A stretch of DNA of 64,000 bases from Candidatus Eiseniibacteriota bacterium (GCA_963702435.1 CAVPCR010000004.1:1-64000); one strand, 5' to 3'; counted from the stretch's first letter, positions 1 to 11,436 are shown. Translations and numbers: made by a program. Notes: generated from the sequence alone by a model not told the origin.

Positions 1-311
1 CCGTGGGGCTCCGTCTCGCCTTCGCGGCAGACCCCGGTAGCTCCGTTGTCACCAAGACCAGATGCAAGCAGTCCTGTCGCCACCGTTCGCTACGTCTCCT
101 GCAACCTTGGCCACCGCACGCCCCGCGTGACGTTCTCTCTTCAGCGACACGTCTCGCCGCACCCGAGGATTCACCGCCGCCGCTTCGGCCAGCTCGCTCC
201 GCCTTCTTTCTGCATGGAGAGGTAGGGCAGGGAGTGTCTCGTCCGGTCGTTCCTCCGGCGTTCACCGTCCAGCGGCTCTTCCCGCCCTCCCACCATCTGC
301 CAGCGCATAAC
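1..311 (+). other. ORF-less cassette, family A (partial)
   Basis: Appears identical to 2274-2584; followed by subtype II attC. Confidence 0.75.
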
Positions 312-566
312 ACGTGGCCTGCTGGCTCCCGTGTCCGGCTGCGCCGGCCACTTGGTCGCGCAACCCGCCGCCATCCCGTCACGGCGCTTGCTTGCTTGGG
401 TGCTGCTGCCATCTCCGCCTCCACCGCGGCAAGCGCCGCGCCGGCGCGGCGGGTTCAGCAGCCACGAACACGTTATGCGAAGGGCGCCAACCAAGTCGCA
501 CAAGTCTCTCGCGTCCAAAGGCCGCTGTGCACGAGGCTTCTCCGGTCATCGGTAAGGAGGTACGTC

Positions 567-1211
567 ATGATGTCGTTGCTACTTCCAAGGCTGGCCGTCC
601 TCGCTATCCTCTTCGCAGCCTGCGTAGGGACACCTGCGTTCGCTGGCATGAACCCCACGGTCACGCTCCCACTCCATGCAAAGGCGTCGAGTTTCGAGCC
701 CTGCAACGGCTACCTGCCGGTTGACTGCCGCACCAACTACCCTGTTGTGAACATCAACCCTGGACCGGCAGCCATCTTCCTCTTCGTAATGAATTACAAC
801 CTCGTAGCAGGGGTGCAGACCGCGTTCCTTCCCGATCCAAGCTGGACCTTCACCTTTGGCTTGTGGGATTGCCAGCCTGGCCAATTGAACGCAGTGACCC
901 CGGGTCCACCTTTCGGACCAACTGCAGGCACGATTACCACGGCCTTCAACTGCCTCACCGGGCCCACCCTTGGCGTAATCGGTCGTATGTTCTTCATCGC
1001 GGGAAGCGTTGGCTGCCTCTCCCAAGTCCAGTCGAGCTATCCCTTCGGAGTCCACGTCCTCGATTGCCAGCAGGGCATCGACCTCATTCCCGATAATGCG
1101 GCCTATCGCCTTGGCCGAATCTGCGTCGGACAGGGCGGCTACCACACGTGCGATCCCCATCCGGCTGTAGAATCAGCTACGTGGGGAGGGATCAAGACCC
1201 AGTTTCACTAG
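567..1211 (+). CDS. Secreted Cys-rich protein with C-terminal TWGxIK motif
   Basis: RBS AAGGAGG, signal peptide, ends PAVESATWGGIKTQFH; close paralog at 41380-42027. Confidence 0.85.
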   Translation: MMSLLLPRLAVLAILFAACVGTPAFAGMNPTVTLPLHAKASSFEPCNGYLPVDCRTNYPVVNINPGPAAIFLFVMNYNLVAGVQTAFLPDPSWTFTFGLWDCQPGQLNAVTPGPPFGPTAGTITTAFNCLTGPTLGVIGRMFFIAGSVGCLSQVQSSYPFGVHVLDCQQGIDLIPDNAAYRLGRICVGQGGYHTCDPHPAVESATWGGIKTQFH

Positions 1212-1524
1212 CATCGTTCACAGACTTCCTCCCTTTCGCCCTTCGCATAACACGCGGCCTGGCGGCTCCGCTCGCTACGCTCGCTTCGCCCAACCCGGCG
1301 CTTTCCGTCACGGCGCTTGCCGTGGCGGGCCGCGCTGGGGTCCTCCTTGCTGCGGCAAGCGCCGCGCCGGGCGCCGGGTCCGCCAGCCGCGGTATCGTTT
1401 TGCGCCCTGCTCACCGCAGCGCACGGCGCCCTTGTTGTTGCGTAGCCCGTGGCCCGTAGATGCCTCCGACCACGGAAGAACCTCCTATGCCAGGCGTGCC
1501 CCCGAAGGGAATGCCCCGTCGACC

Positions 1525-2010
1525 ATGACCGCCCACGCTGATACAGGTACCACGCGGCCAGGCCGTCGCCCGACCGTCGTTCGCCGACCGCGCATTGTGC
1601 ACTCACGCAAGGCCGATCCCGTCGTTGCCGTGGCTCAGTCTGCTGCCGTACTGGTGTTCCTCTTCGCGGTCTCCGGGTGCGGTCATCATTGGCACCAACT
1701 CGCAGATCCCTATGGCGTGGGCCCGTTGCCTTCACCCATCCGACTGACAACCGCGACAGGCGAGAGTCTCATTCTCTACGGACCCTACATCGAGGGAGAG
1801 ACCATCACAGGCTACGTGAGCGAGAAGTACGACTCGGTGACCCCCAAGCGACTTTCCGTCTCCCTCACTTCGGTACACCGGCTCGAGTACGGGGAGCCAT
1901 CTGTTGCGAACAGATCCCGCGAATCAGTTGGGCTTGTGATCATCATAGGCACTATATTCGCCTACGTGGCCTATGTTCTGGTCTCACTCGGAGGTGTCGA
2001 CGGTTCGTGA
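1525..2010 (+). CDS. Putative lipoprotein with C-terminal TM helix
   Basis: Lipobox-like LFAVSGC and hydrophobic C-terminus; start uncertain. Confidence 0.6.
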   Translation: MTAHADTGTTRPGRRPTVVRRPRIVHSRKADPVVAVAQSAAVLVFLFAVSGCGHHWHQLADPYGVGPLPSPIRLTTATGESLILYGPYIEGETITGYVSEKYDSVTPKRLSVSLTSVHRLEYGEPSVANRSRESVGLVIIIGTIFAYVAYVLVSLGGVDGS

Positions 2011-2238
2011 CGCAAGATGCATCTCCAACGCCACACCCTTGAGCCTGCAATCCAGGAACCTCGCTGGCGAGCCGCTCCGCAGGGCGCAAAACACGCGGCC
2101 TGGCGGCTCCGCTCGCTGCGCTCGCTTCGCTGCAACCCGGCGCCTTCCGTCACGGCGCTTGCCGTGACGGGCCGTGCTGGAGTCCACCTTGCTCCGGCAA
2201 GCGCCGTGCCGGGCGCCGGGTTCGCCAGCCGCGGTATC

Positions 2239-2584
2239 GTTATGCTCTGGCCTCGTCTCCGCAACCTTGGTTGCCGTGGGGCTCCGTCTCGCCTTCGCGG
2301 CAGACCCCGGTAGCTCCGTTGTCACCAAGACCAGATGCAAGCAGTCCTGTCGCCACCGTTCGCTACGTCTCCTGCAACCTTGGCCACCGCACGCCCCGCG
2401 TGACGTTCTCTCTTCAGCGACACGTCTCGCCGCACCCGAGGATTCACCGCCGCCGCTTCGGCCAGCTCGCTCCGCCTTCTTTCTGCATGGAGAGGTAGGG
2501 CAGGGAGTGTCTCGTCCGGTCGTTCCTCCGGCGTTCACCGTCCAGCGGCTCTTCCCGCCCTCCCACCATCTGCCAGCGCATAAC
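2239..2584 (+). other. ORF-less cassette, family A
   Basis: Lies between attCs with near-complementary ends; no credible ORF. Confidence 0.75.
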
Positions 2585-2744
2585 ACGTGGCCTGCTGGCT
2601 CCCGTGTCCGGCTGCGCCGGCCACTTGGTCGCGCAACCCGCCGCCATCCCGTCACGGCGCTTGCTTGCTTGGGTGCTGCTGCCATCTCCGCCTCCACCGC
2701 GGCAAGCGCCGCGCCGGCGCGGCGGGTTCAGCAGCCACGAACAC

Positions 2745-3126
2745 GTTTTGCGGTGGCTTCGTCTCTGCAGTCTTGATTGCCGTGGGGCTCGGTCTCACCT
2801 TCAGTGAAACGCCGGTAGCTCCGTTGGAACGAAGAAAGAGTGCAGAAGGGGTCCCCTTGCCACCCTCGGCCACGTCCCCTGCCACCTTGTTCACCATGTG
2901 GTCTGCGAACTGCGCCCGCTCTTGAGCGGCACGATCGCGCCGCGCCACCGCCGCCGGTAACCCGTCATCGTGATGCGCTTCGCATTCACCTGATTACCCG
3001 TGGCCAGCTCGACCCTCTGGCGCTTCTGCATCCTGAGGTAGGGTAGGGAGTGTCTGGTCCGGCCGAACCGCTGGCGCTTTCCTCTCCGCGGTTGCCCAGC
3101 CCAGACAAAACCTGCCACCGCAAAAC
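2745..3126 (+). other. ORF-less cassette, family B
   Basis: Ends GTTTTGCGGTGGC/GCCACCGCAAAAC; homologs at 11582, 17956, 30434. Confidence 0.75.
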
Positions 3127-3372
3127 ACGTGGCCTGCTGGCTCCCCGTGCGCCGGCTGCGCCGGCCACGGGGTCGCCCAACCCGCCGCTTCCCGTCACGG
3201 CGCTTGCTTGTTTGGGTGCTGCTGCTATCTCCGCTCTCGGCGCGGCAAGCGCCGCGCCGGGGCGGCGGGTTCAGCAGCCACGGTATCGTTTGGCGCCCTC
3301 GCCTTGAGAGTCGACACTCGTCGTGCAACCACGCCTCTTTGCTCGGACGACGACATGGAAGGAGGTCTTCCA

Positions 3373-4092
3373 ATGGCCCCTCGCGATCTGACACTCGCAA
3401 TCGCCTTGCTCTGTGCACTGAGCGCTTGCGTTTCCGTTGCGCCCGCGAGTGCAGGGGAGCTATACACTCGCGCCGAGTGCACAGGAGTATCCATCTTGGT
3501 CAGATGGACGCTTCAGGCCGACCCTGGTGGTTACCCTAACTTCGTTGGCTACGACCTCTACCGCCGAACTCAACCAGAGTGCGGACCGCCGGTGCGACTG
3601 AACACCGAGATTCTCCCTCGCATACCAGGCCAATGGCATACTGTTACCTTTGAGGACACAACCGTCGCTTCGGCAACCATGTACCGCTACGATGTCCGCC
3701 TTGTCGATGCGAACCACCAAGCGATCATCTGGCAGGAGTTCTGCGATCCCTGCTTCACATTCGCATGGGAGAGCTGTCCCCGATTCTCGGCTCCGCTCGT
3801 CCACGGAACGCTCATGGGTGACCCGAACTGGTATTGGGTCAATCTGTGGCCCTGTGTCGGGGTTGACTGCTACATCCCCTTCCTCATCCATGAGCCCTGG
3901 CCGCAAGAACTCGAGCAGTACATGAATACTGGAGTCGCCGTTCGTATCTACGGCTCATACATGTGTGCCAACACCGAGGGCTGTTTCATCGAGATGACTG
4001 ATTTCGACGTCCTTCCGTGCGGAGGAGTTACTTCCGTGCAGGAGCCATTAGCTCCCGGCACCTGGGGCACCGTCAAGGCAATGTATCGCTAG
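3373..4092 (+). CDS. Secreted protein (FN3-like GYDLYR region) with TWGxVK tail
   Basis: RBS GGAGG, signal peptide, ends TWGTVKAMYR. Confidence 0.8.
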   Translation: MAPRDLTLAIALLCALSACVSVAPASAGELYTRAECTGVSILVRWTLQADPGGYPNFVGYDLYRRTQPECGPPVRLNTEILPRIPGQWHTVTFEDTTVASATMYRYDVRLVDANHQAIIWQEFCDPCFTFAWESCPRFSAPLVHGTLMGDPNWYWVNLWPCVGVDCYIPFLIHEPWPQELEQYMNTGVAVRIYGSYMCANTEGCFIEMTDFDVLPCGGVTSVQEPLAPGTWGTVKAMYR

Positions 4093-4413
4093 GCGACGCG
4101 CCTCCCCGGCCTGGGTCTTTGTTGCGTCAGAGAACTCCACCGTAGCTGCGCGCGAGGGCGCCAAACACGCGGCCTGGCGGCTCCGCTCGCTGCGCTCGCT
4201 TCGCCCAACCCGGCGCTCTCCGTCACGGCGCTTGCCGTGACGGGCTGCGCTGGAGTTCCCCTTGCTGCGGCAAGCGCCGTGCCGGGCGCCGGGTTCGCCA
4301 GCCGCGGTATCGTTAGGCGCCTCTCGTGACATCCTGAGTCGCTACCCAACCTACAAATGCACGAGGTGTCACCCGCTTGACGCCAGTCGTGCGCACATGG
4401 ATGGAGGCATCAA

Positions 4414-5079
4414 GTGAATACTCCTCAGCCGGCCACCCCGTCTCCTGGAGCTGCGAGAGCGAGGGCTGTGATCGGCTTGTGCCTGCTCTTCGCGGTGACG
4501 TCAGCTGGCGTTGCCCTGTCCCAGATCAGCTTGCCGGATCCCCATCTCTCCACTTTCGACTCTCTGATCGGCGCAAGTCCGAAGAACACGGTTGTGGCCG
4601 AGGGATACCGCTATCGTTTCGGCGGCATACTGCGCGACATGGGAGGCAAGCCCATCCAGAATTTCCCGTACTCCCAAATGCAATTGGACTTCACTGCGTG
4701 CACGCGACCTAGCACACGACCCGCCGACCGCATTCCTGCCGATGGGGATACCGACGTGAATGGATACGTCTACTGGGAATACCGTCTCGAATTTGGCGGA
4801 AGTGATCCGTGCGCCATCCTCGTCAGGGTGCAGAACGTCCTCTTCGCGACGATACTCGCACATCAAGGGCTTCCCGATCCCGCGATCGACGGCGGTCTTC
4901 GCTCGGTGGACGCCAACGGCAACGGCACCATCGCCCTGGAGGACCTCAGCAGCTTCCAGCAGGAGTTCGTCAACACCGGAACTCGAGTGGACTACGCTGG
5001 CGATCTCGCGCAGCCATTCGACGGACTGACAGACCTGCGCGACCTGGCTTGGTTCCAGACCCACTTCACTGCGCAGTAG
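4414..5079 (+). CDS. Secreted protein with C-terminal dockerin/EF-hand-like duplicated Ca-loop
   Basis: Signal peptide; DANGNGTIALEDL...GDLAQPFDGLTDLRDL. Confidence 0.7.
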   Translation: MNTPQPATPSPGAARARAVIGLCLLFAVTSAGVALSQISLPDPHLSTFDSLIGASPKNTVVAEGYRYRFGGILRDMGGKPIQNFPYSQMQLDFTACTRPSTRPADRIPADGDTDVNGYVYWEYRLEFGGSDPCAILVRVQNVLFATILAHQGLPDPAIDGGLRSVDANGNGTIALEDLSSFQQEFVNTGTRVDYAGDLAQPFDGLTDLRDLAWFQTHFTAQ

Positions 5080-5316
5080 CTGCGACGCCGCGAAGGCATC
5101 TGTCGCGAGGCGCGTGAATGCACCTCCGAGACCAAGGACAGTGATGTCGTAACGACGAGAGGCGCCTAACACGCGGCCTGGCGGCTCCGCTCGCTGCGCT
5201 CGCTTCGCCCAACCCGGCGCTCTCCGTCACGGCGCTTGCCGTGACGGGCTGCGCTGGAAGCTCCCCTTGCTGCGGCAAGCGCCGTGCCGGGCGCCGGGTT
5301 CGCCAGCCGCGGTATC

Positions 5317-6272
5317 GTTTGGCGCCCGCTGCATCCAGGGTTCGGAAAGACAAGGTATCCCGTAGCCAGTCTCCATTGATCTGCACGCGCTCGAGCATCG
5401 GCCATCGCTCATCGTCGTGGGGCCCGTTGCCGTCGTCGCTGGGTTGCCGTCTGGCCGCCGGCCTTGTGCCTCGGCAATCTGAACGGCAACCGCTCGGGCT
5501 CTGCAGCCACGGGTGGGGTGTCACCTCTTCGCGCCACGTTTGCGCTGCATGCACCGCGCGATCGCTTGCGGTCGCTGACCGCCGGCGTTTCTCCTGGCAA
5601 CCACGGTCAAGGCAAGGAAAGGTCGACCTCCCATCTCTCAGCCTTGGCCACCGGTGCTCCGCGGAGTCTCTTTCTCTGGTGACCGCCAACGCCGTCCGGG
5701 CTCTGCGCTCTGAAGGTGATCACATCATCCGCACCGCTCCAGCTACCCTCGTGCTGCCACCCGGTCTTCCGTGCCTGGCCGTGGCCGGGGCCAGCAGCGA
5801 TCTCGCTTCACGCCCCGCGCCCGGCCTCGTCAAGGCTTGGTCTTGCTGCTATCCGGAGAGGTTCTGTCTCGTCCTCGCGCCAGCGCTTGTGCTTCCGGCG
5901 AGACTCACGGCCATCGCTGGTGGCTTCGCCACCTCACACCTCCGGAGTCCCCTTCTGGCCCTACGTGGTCCTCGCACCGCGCGCGGCGCCTGCGGTCAGT
6001 GAGCGCCAGCGTTCCTCCCTGGCTCCGCTGGTCAGGCAAGGAACGGTCGGTACTCTATTCCATTCCTCAGCCACCTGGTGATCGGGCGAACCGTCTCCGC
6101 GCGGTGACAGCGAAGCATCGTCCAGCCATCGCGTCAGGCGGAGGACGAGCCTCTCCCCTGCATCAGCGCACGCTCTTGCTTCGTGGCTGGGCGCGGGGCC
6201 CCCGGCGGGTACGATCAGTGACCGGCCGCGAGAGCTGAGATCTCGATAACCTGATCCGAGCGAGCGCCAAAC
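5317..6272 (+). other. ORF-less cassette, family C (~950 bp)
   Basis: Homolog at 10480-11436 with frame-breaking indels; no conserved credible ORF. Confidence 0.7.
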
Positions 6273-6460
6273 ACGCGGCCTGGCGGCTCCGCTCGCTGCG
6301 CTCGCTCCGCTGCAACCCGGCGCTTTCCGTCACGGCGCTTGCCGTGACGGGTCGCCCTGGAGTCCTCCTTGCTGCGGCAAGCACCCTGCCGGCGCCGGGT
6401 TCGCCAGCCGCGGGATCGTTTTGCGCCAGGCCAAAGTCCGCTTTTCACGATGGAACCACG

Positions 6461-7183
6461 ATGACCGCGACCCTGATCGCAATTGCCATACTGGTGGCAG
6501 CTCCTCCTGTCATCGCACGGGACGACCCCTACCCCACGATCAAGGTCCCACCTCCCATCCATGTGGAGTACCTGGGTGCTGGCTACACGTATCGCCGCGT
6601 ATGGATCTGCTCAGTCAGTAGTATGGTTGCAGATCACGAGATCGCTGTTCGCGGCCGGCTACGCGATCGCAGGCCCATCGGCAAGGACGCTGACACCCTT
6701 CTGACCATCGACGTCAGGGAGTACCTGCTCGGGTCTGGTCCTGACCAGCTCTGCCTCCGCCTTCTCCCAAAGATGTGGTGGGGGAGGCAGACTCCATCGG
6801 TGGGAGGCCAGGGGTGGCGTTTCGAGGCGCAGTGGTTCCGCCTTCGAAGGCTGGAGATCGGTGACGAAGCGATCTTCTGGATTCAGGCGTCCCTCCTTGC
6901 CGGTCGACCAGGTCGCGCACGCCCTGCCGCTGTCGTCGTCAGTCGCGCCGAGATCTGGCCGATTGTCTCCGGGTTTGTAACTCGCCCTGCCATGTTCCGC
7001 TCCCTCCCCTCTGTCAGAGGGGACATCCAAACGCCTCTGCGCGGGCCGGCTGGGTGGAAGCGCCGCTACAGCTATCGCCTCATTCCCACCGACGATCATC
7101 CAGAGTCGGCCGTCACCGTTGATCGCTCGAAACCTCTCCCGCTCTGGGTCAGGGTAGGTCTGAAACTCGGCCTCATCGAATAG
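6461..7183 (+). CDS. Hypothetical secreted protein
   Basis: Signal peptide-like N-terminus; fills the cassette. Confidence 0.65.
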   Translation: MTATLIAIAILVAAPPVIARDDPYPTIKVPPPIHVEYLGAGYTYRRVWICSVSSMVADHEIAVRGRLRDRRPIGKDADTLLTIDVREYLLGSGPDQLCLRLLPKMWWGRQTPSVGGQGWRFEAQWFRLRRLEIGDEAIFWIQASLLAGRPGRARPAAVVVSRAEIWPIVSGFVTRPAMFRSLPSVRGDIQTPLRGPAGWKRRYSYRLIPTDDHPESAVTVDRSKPLPLWVRVGLKLGLIE

Positions 7184-7454
7184 CTCATCTGCCATCCGTC
7201 TTGGCCTGGCGCAAAACACGCGGCCTGGCGGCTCCGCTCGCTGCGCTCGCTCCGCTGCAACCCGGCGCTCTCCGTCACGGCGCTTGCCGTGACGGGCCGC
7301 GCTGGAGTCCACCTTGCTGCGGCAAGCGCCGCGCCGGCGCCGGGTTCGCCAGCCGCGGTATCGTTAGGCGCTAGGCCACTGGCTTCGGTGACCTTCTTTT
7401 CCCCGGAATCTCGAGCTGGCTTCCCTGCGGCGCTCATTGCGCTACAATGGCCGG

Positions 7455-7952
7455 GTGCGTCCAACCGTCTACATCGAGACGTCCATCGTCAGCCACCTCG
7501 CCGCTCGCCCGAGCCGCGACCTCATCACTGCTGCCCATCAGCAGCTGACGGCCCTCTGGTGGGACCGCCGCCGCCAGGAGTTCGACCTCTACGTCTCCCA
7601 GCTTGTGCTGGATGAGGCCGCGGCGGGAGATCTTGACGCCGCCCAGCGTCGAGGTGCCATCCTGGAGACTCTCCCTCTACTTGACATTACCGACGAGGTT
7701 ACCTCCCTCGCCGCTGCGCTGGTCCGCGGCGTCCCGTTGCCGCCCAGGGCTGGCGCCGACGCTCTTCACATCGCGGTCGCTGCCTGTCATGGCATGGATT
7801 TCCTCCTCACCTGGAACTGCGCCCACATCGCCAACGCCGAGCTTCGCCCTCTGGTCGAGCGCGTCTGCCGCGAGCGCGGCTACGTCGCTCCCGTTCTCTG
7901 CACGCCCGACGAGTTCATGGGAGGAATGGACGATGGCCAGAGCACACGCTGA
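7455..7952 (+). CDS. PIN-domain (VapC-like) toxin, copy 1
   Basis: VYIETSIVS...DALHIAVA...LLTWNCAHIAN PIN motifs. Confidence 0.85.
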   Translation: MRPTVYIETSIVSHLAARPSRDLITAAHQQLTALWWDRRRQEFDLYVSQLVLDEAAAGDLDAAQRRGAILETLPLLDITDEVTSLAAALVRGVPLPPRAGADALHIAVAACHGMDFLLTWNCAHIANAELRPLVERVCRERGYVAPVLCTPDEFMGGMDDGQSTR

Positions 7953-8112
7953 GGGACCCCCATGGGAAGACCCCATCGTCGCCGAGGTGAGACGCGCCCG
8001 AGCTGCCCTGTTTGCCTCCGTCGGCTACGACCTCGAGGCGTTGGCCAAGCGCCTTCGCCAAGAGCAGGCCACCTCCCGCCGCCGCATCGTCGTTCGTCCC
8101 CCCGACGAGTAA
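7933..8112 (+). CDS. Small putative antitoxin, copy 1 (C-terminal homopolymer frameshift vs copy 2)
   Basis: WEDPIVAEVRRAR motif, overlaps toxin stop. Confidence 0.7.
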   Translation: MARAHAEGPPWEDPIVAEVRRARAALFASVGYDLEALAKRLRQEQATSRRRIVVRPPDE

Positions 8113-8408
8113 CTGGCGAGCGTGAGGGCCAGGAGTCGTAGCACTCCGTTCTTTGGCCTAGCGCCTAACACGCGGCCTGGCGGCTCCGCTCGCTGCGCTC
8201 GCTTCGCTGCAACCCGGCGCTTTCCGTCACGGCGCTTGCCCGTGACGGGCCGCGCTGGAGGCCATCTTGCTACGGCAAGCGCCGTGCCGGGCGCCGGGTT
8301 CGCCAGCCGCGGTATCGTTAGGCGCTAGGCCACTGGCTTCGGTGACCTTCTTTTCCCCGGAATCTCGAGCTGGCTTCCCTGCGGCGCTCATTGCGCTACA
8401 ATGGCCGG

Positions 8409-8906
8409 GTGCGTCCAACCGTCTACATCGAGACGTCCATCGTCAGCTACCTCGCCGCTCGCCCGAGCCGCGACCTCATCACTGCTGCCCATCAGCAGCT
8501 GACGGCCCTCTGGTGGGACCGCCGCCGCCAGGAGTTCGACCTCTACGTCTCCCAGCTTGTGCTGGATGAGGCCGCGGCGGGAGATCTTGACGCCGCCCAG
8601 CGTCGAGGTGCCATCCTGGAGACTCTCCCTCTACTTGACATTACCGACGAGGTTACCTCCCTCGCCGCTGCGCTGGTCCGCGGCGTCCCGTTGCCGCCCA
8701 GGGCTGGCGCCGACGCTCTTCACATCGCGGTCGCTGCCTGTCATGGCATGGATTTCCTCCTCACCTGGAACTGCGCCCACATCGCCAACGCCGAGCTTCG
8801 CCCTCTGGTCGAGCGCGTCTGCCGCGAGCGCGGCTACGTCGCTCCCGTTCTCTGCACGCCCGACGAGTTCATGGGAGGAATGGACGATGGCCAGAGCACA
8901 CGCTGA
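8409..8906 (+). CDS. PIN-domain toxin, copy 2
   Basis: Tandem duplicate of 7455-7952 (H/Y difference). Confidence 0.85.
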   Translation: MRPTVYIETSIVSYLAARPSRDLITAAHQQLTALWWDRRRQEFDLYVSQLVLDEAAAGDLDAAQRRGAILETLPLLDITDEVTSLAAALVRGVPLPPRAGADALHIAVAACHGMDFLLTWNCAHIANAELRPLVERVCRERGYVAPVLCTPDEFMGGMDDGQSTR

Positions 8907-9096
8907 GGGACCCCCATGGGAAGACCCCATCGTCGCCGAGGTGAGACGCGCCCGAGCTGCCCTGTTTGCCTCCGTCGGCTACGACCTCGAGGCGTTGGCC
9001 AAGCGCCTTCGCCAAGAGCAGGCCACCTCCCGCCGCCGCATCGTCGTTCGTCCCCCCCGACGAGTAACTGGCGAGCGTGAGGGCCAGGAGTCGTAG
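8887..9096 (+). CDS. Small putative antitoxin, copy 2
   Basis: As copy 1. Confidence 0.7.
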   Translation: MARAHAEGPPWEDPIVAEVRRARAALFASVGYDLEALAKRLRQEQATSRRRIVVRPPRRVTGEREGQES

Positions 9097-9353
9097 CACT
9101 CCGTTCTTTGGCCTAGCGCCTAACACGCGGCCTGGCGGCTCCGCTCGCTGCGCTCGCTTCGCTGCAACCCGGCGCTTTCCGTCACGGCGCTTGCCCGTGA
9201 CGGGCCGCGCTGGAGGCCATCTTGCTACGGCAAGCGCCGTGCCGGGCGCCGGGTTCGCCAGCCGCGGTATCGTTAGCCGACCGCCGACTGCGAGCTTTCG
9301 AGGTCAAGTCTTCCGGCGCTCTGGCCAGCTCTCCCCCAGTGGAGACGAGTCCG

Positions 9354-10307
9354 ATGACATCAATCAAGCTGATTGTCCTTCCTGCCCTGGTCGCCGCCGT
9401 CTATTCGGCTCACACCTCTCTCGCAGCGACCATTCGCGTCCCCGACGAGCAGCCATCTATCCAAGCTGGAATCGACGCTTCCTCTTCAGGCGACACCGTG
9501 CTCGTGCGCTGCGGCTCCTATCGGGAGTACAACATCTCTGTGCGACCCGGTATCACCCTCCGCAGCGAAACTGGGCAATCTGACTGCGTGACCATAGACG
9601 CCCAGGAACTCGGCCGAGCCCTCGTCTGTCCCGCTGGCCCCCTGGGCTTGGTTACGGAGATCGAGGGCTTGACCATCACCCGCGGCTGGAGCGCCGGGGG
9701 TGGCGCCGGCCTGGACTGCGAATCAGCCACGCTTTCTGTTCGGAGCTGCAACTTTGCGGGAAACCACGTGCGACTCGTAGCGAGCGGAGCCGGTGGGGTC
9801 GACCTCTATGAATCCAGCGCCACGTTTACCGACTGCCTCTTCGCCAACAACACTGGCCCCGCGCTACGTGCCGTTAACTCCTTCTCCATACAGGCAACGA
9901 GATGCACATTCTACGGTAACAGCTCTCATCCTGACGATGGCAACGCCTTCTTCCTGGTCAATACGCCGGCGGTTGTCGCCAACTGCGTCCTCGCCTTCGG
10001 CATCGGTGGCCCTGCCATCGACTGCGTCGGTTCCGGCCTCGCCGAGCTTCGCTGCTGCGACGTGTATGGCAATCCAGGCGACTGGGTTGGATGCATCGCC
10101 GGACAAGTCGCCTTCAACGGGAACTTCCAACTCGATCCACTGTTCTGCCGTGCTTCCACAGGTGACTTCAACCTGAGCGATGCCTCCCCCTGCTCACCTG
10201 ACCACTCGCCCCCAGGCTGTGGCCTGATCGGCGCGCGACCGGTTGCCTGCAGTCCCCAAGTGGTCGCACCGTCCACATGGGGTCACGTAAAGACGCGCTT
10301 CCGGTAG
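9354..10307 (+). CDS. Secreted right-handed beta-helix (pectin lyase-like) protein with TWG tail
   Basis: TIRVPDEQPSIQAGIDA, GGAG and CxFxxN repeats, ends TWGHVKTRFR. Confidence 0.85.
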   Translation: MTSIKLIVLPALVAAVYSAHTSLAATIRVPDEQPSIQAGIDASSSGDTVLVRCGSYREYNISVRPGITLRSETGQSDCVTIDAQELGRALVCPAGPLGLVTEIEGLTITRGWSAGGGAGLDCESATLSVRSCNFAGNHVRLVASGAGGVDLYESSATFTDCLFANNTGPALRAVNSFSIQATRCTFYGNSSHPDDGNAFFLVNTPAVVANCVLAFGIGGPAIDCVGSGLAELRCCDVYGNPGDWVGCIAGQVAFNGNFQLDPLFCRASTGDFNLSDASPCSPDHSPPGCGLIGARPVACSPQVVAPSTWGHVKTRFR

Positions 10308-10479
10308 CTACGTCGGCGGTCGGCTAACACGCGGCCTGGCGGCTCCGCTCGCTGGCGCTCGCTCCGCTGCAACCCGGCGCCCTCCGTCACGGCGCTTGCT
10401 TACTTGGTTGCTGCTGCTATCTCCGCTCCCGTCGCGGCAAGCGCCGCGCCGGAGCGTCGGGTTCAGCAGCCACGGTATC

Positions 10480-11436
10480 GTTTGGCGCCCCGCTGCATCC
10501 AGTGTCCGGAAAGACAGGTATCCCGCAGCCAGTCTCCATCGATTGCACGCGCTCGAGCATCGGCCATCGCTCATCGTCGTGGGGCCTGCTGCCGTCGTCG
10601 CTGGGCTGCCGTCTGGCCGCCGGCCTTGGGCCTCAGCAATCTGAACGGCACCCGTTCGGGCTTCGCAATCGCGGGTGGGGTGCCACCTCTTCGCGCCGCG
10701 TACGCAGTGCATGAGCCGCGCGATCGCTTGCTGCCCCTGACCGCCGGCGTTCTTCTCAGCAACCACGGTCAAGGCAAGGAAGGGTCGATCTCCCGTCTCT
10801 CTGCCTTGGCCGCCAGTGCTCCGCGGAGTCTCGCTCTGCGGTGGCCGCCAACGCCCATCGGGCTCAGCGTGAGGAAGGTGATCGCATCATCCGCAACGCT
10901 CCGGCTACCCTCGTGCTGCCACCCGGTCTTCCGTGCCTGGCCGGGGCCGGGGCCAGCAACGTTCTCGCTTCACGCCCCGCGCCCGGCCTCGTCAAGGCTT
11001 GGTGCTTGCTGCTAACCGGAGAGGTTCTGTCTCGTCTTCACGCCAGCGCTTCGCTTCCGGCGAGACTCAGGGCCATCGCTGGTGGCTTCGCCACCTCACA
11101 CCTCCGAAGTCCATTCTGGGCCCTTCGTGGTCCAAGCACCGCGCGCGGCGCCTACGATCAGTGAACGCTGGCGTTCCTCCCTGGCTCCGCGGGTCAGGCA
11201 AGGAACGGTCGGTACTCGATTCCATTCCTCAGCCACCTGGGGATCGGGCGAACCGTCTCCGCGCGGTGACAGCGAAGCATCGTCCAGCCATCGCGTCAGG
11301 CGGAGGACGAGCCTCTGCCCTGCATCAGCGCACGCTCATGCTTCGTGGCTGGGGGCGCGGGGCCCCCAGCATGTGCGATCAGTGACCGGCCGCGAGAGCT
11401 GAGATCTCGATAATCTGATCCGGGCGAGCGCCAAAC
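10480..11436 (+). other. ORF-less cassette, family C
   Basis: Homolog of 5317-6272. Confidence 0.7.
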
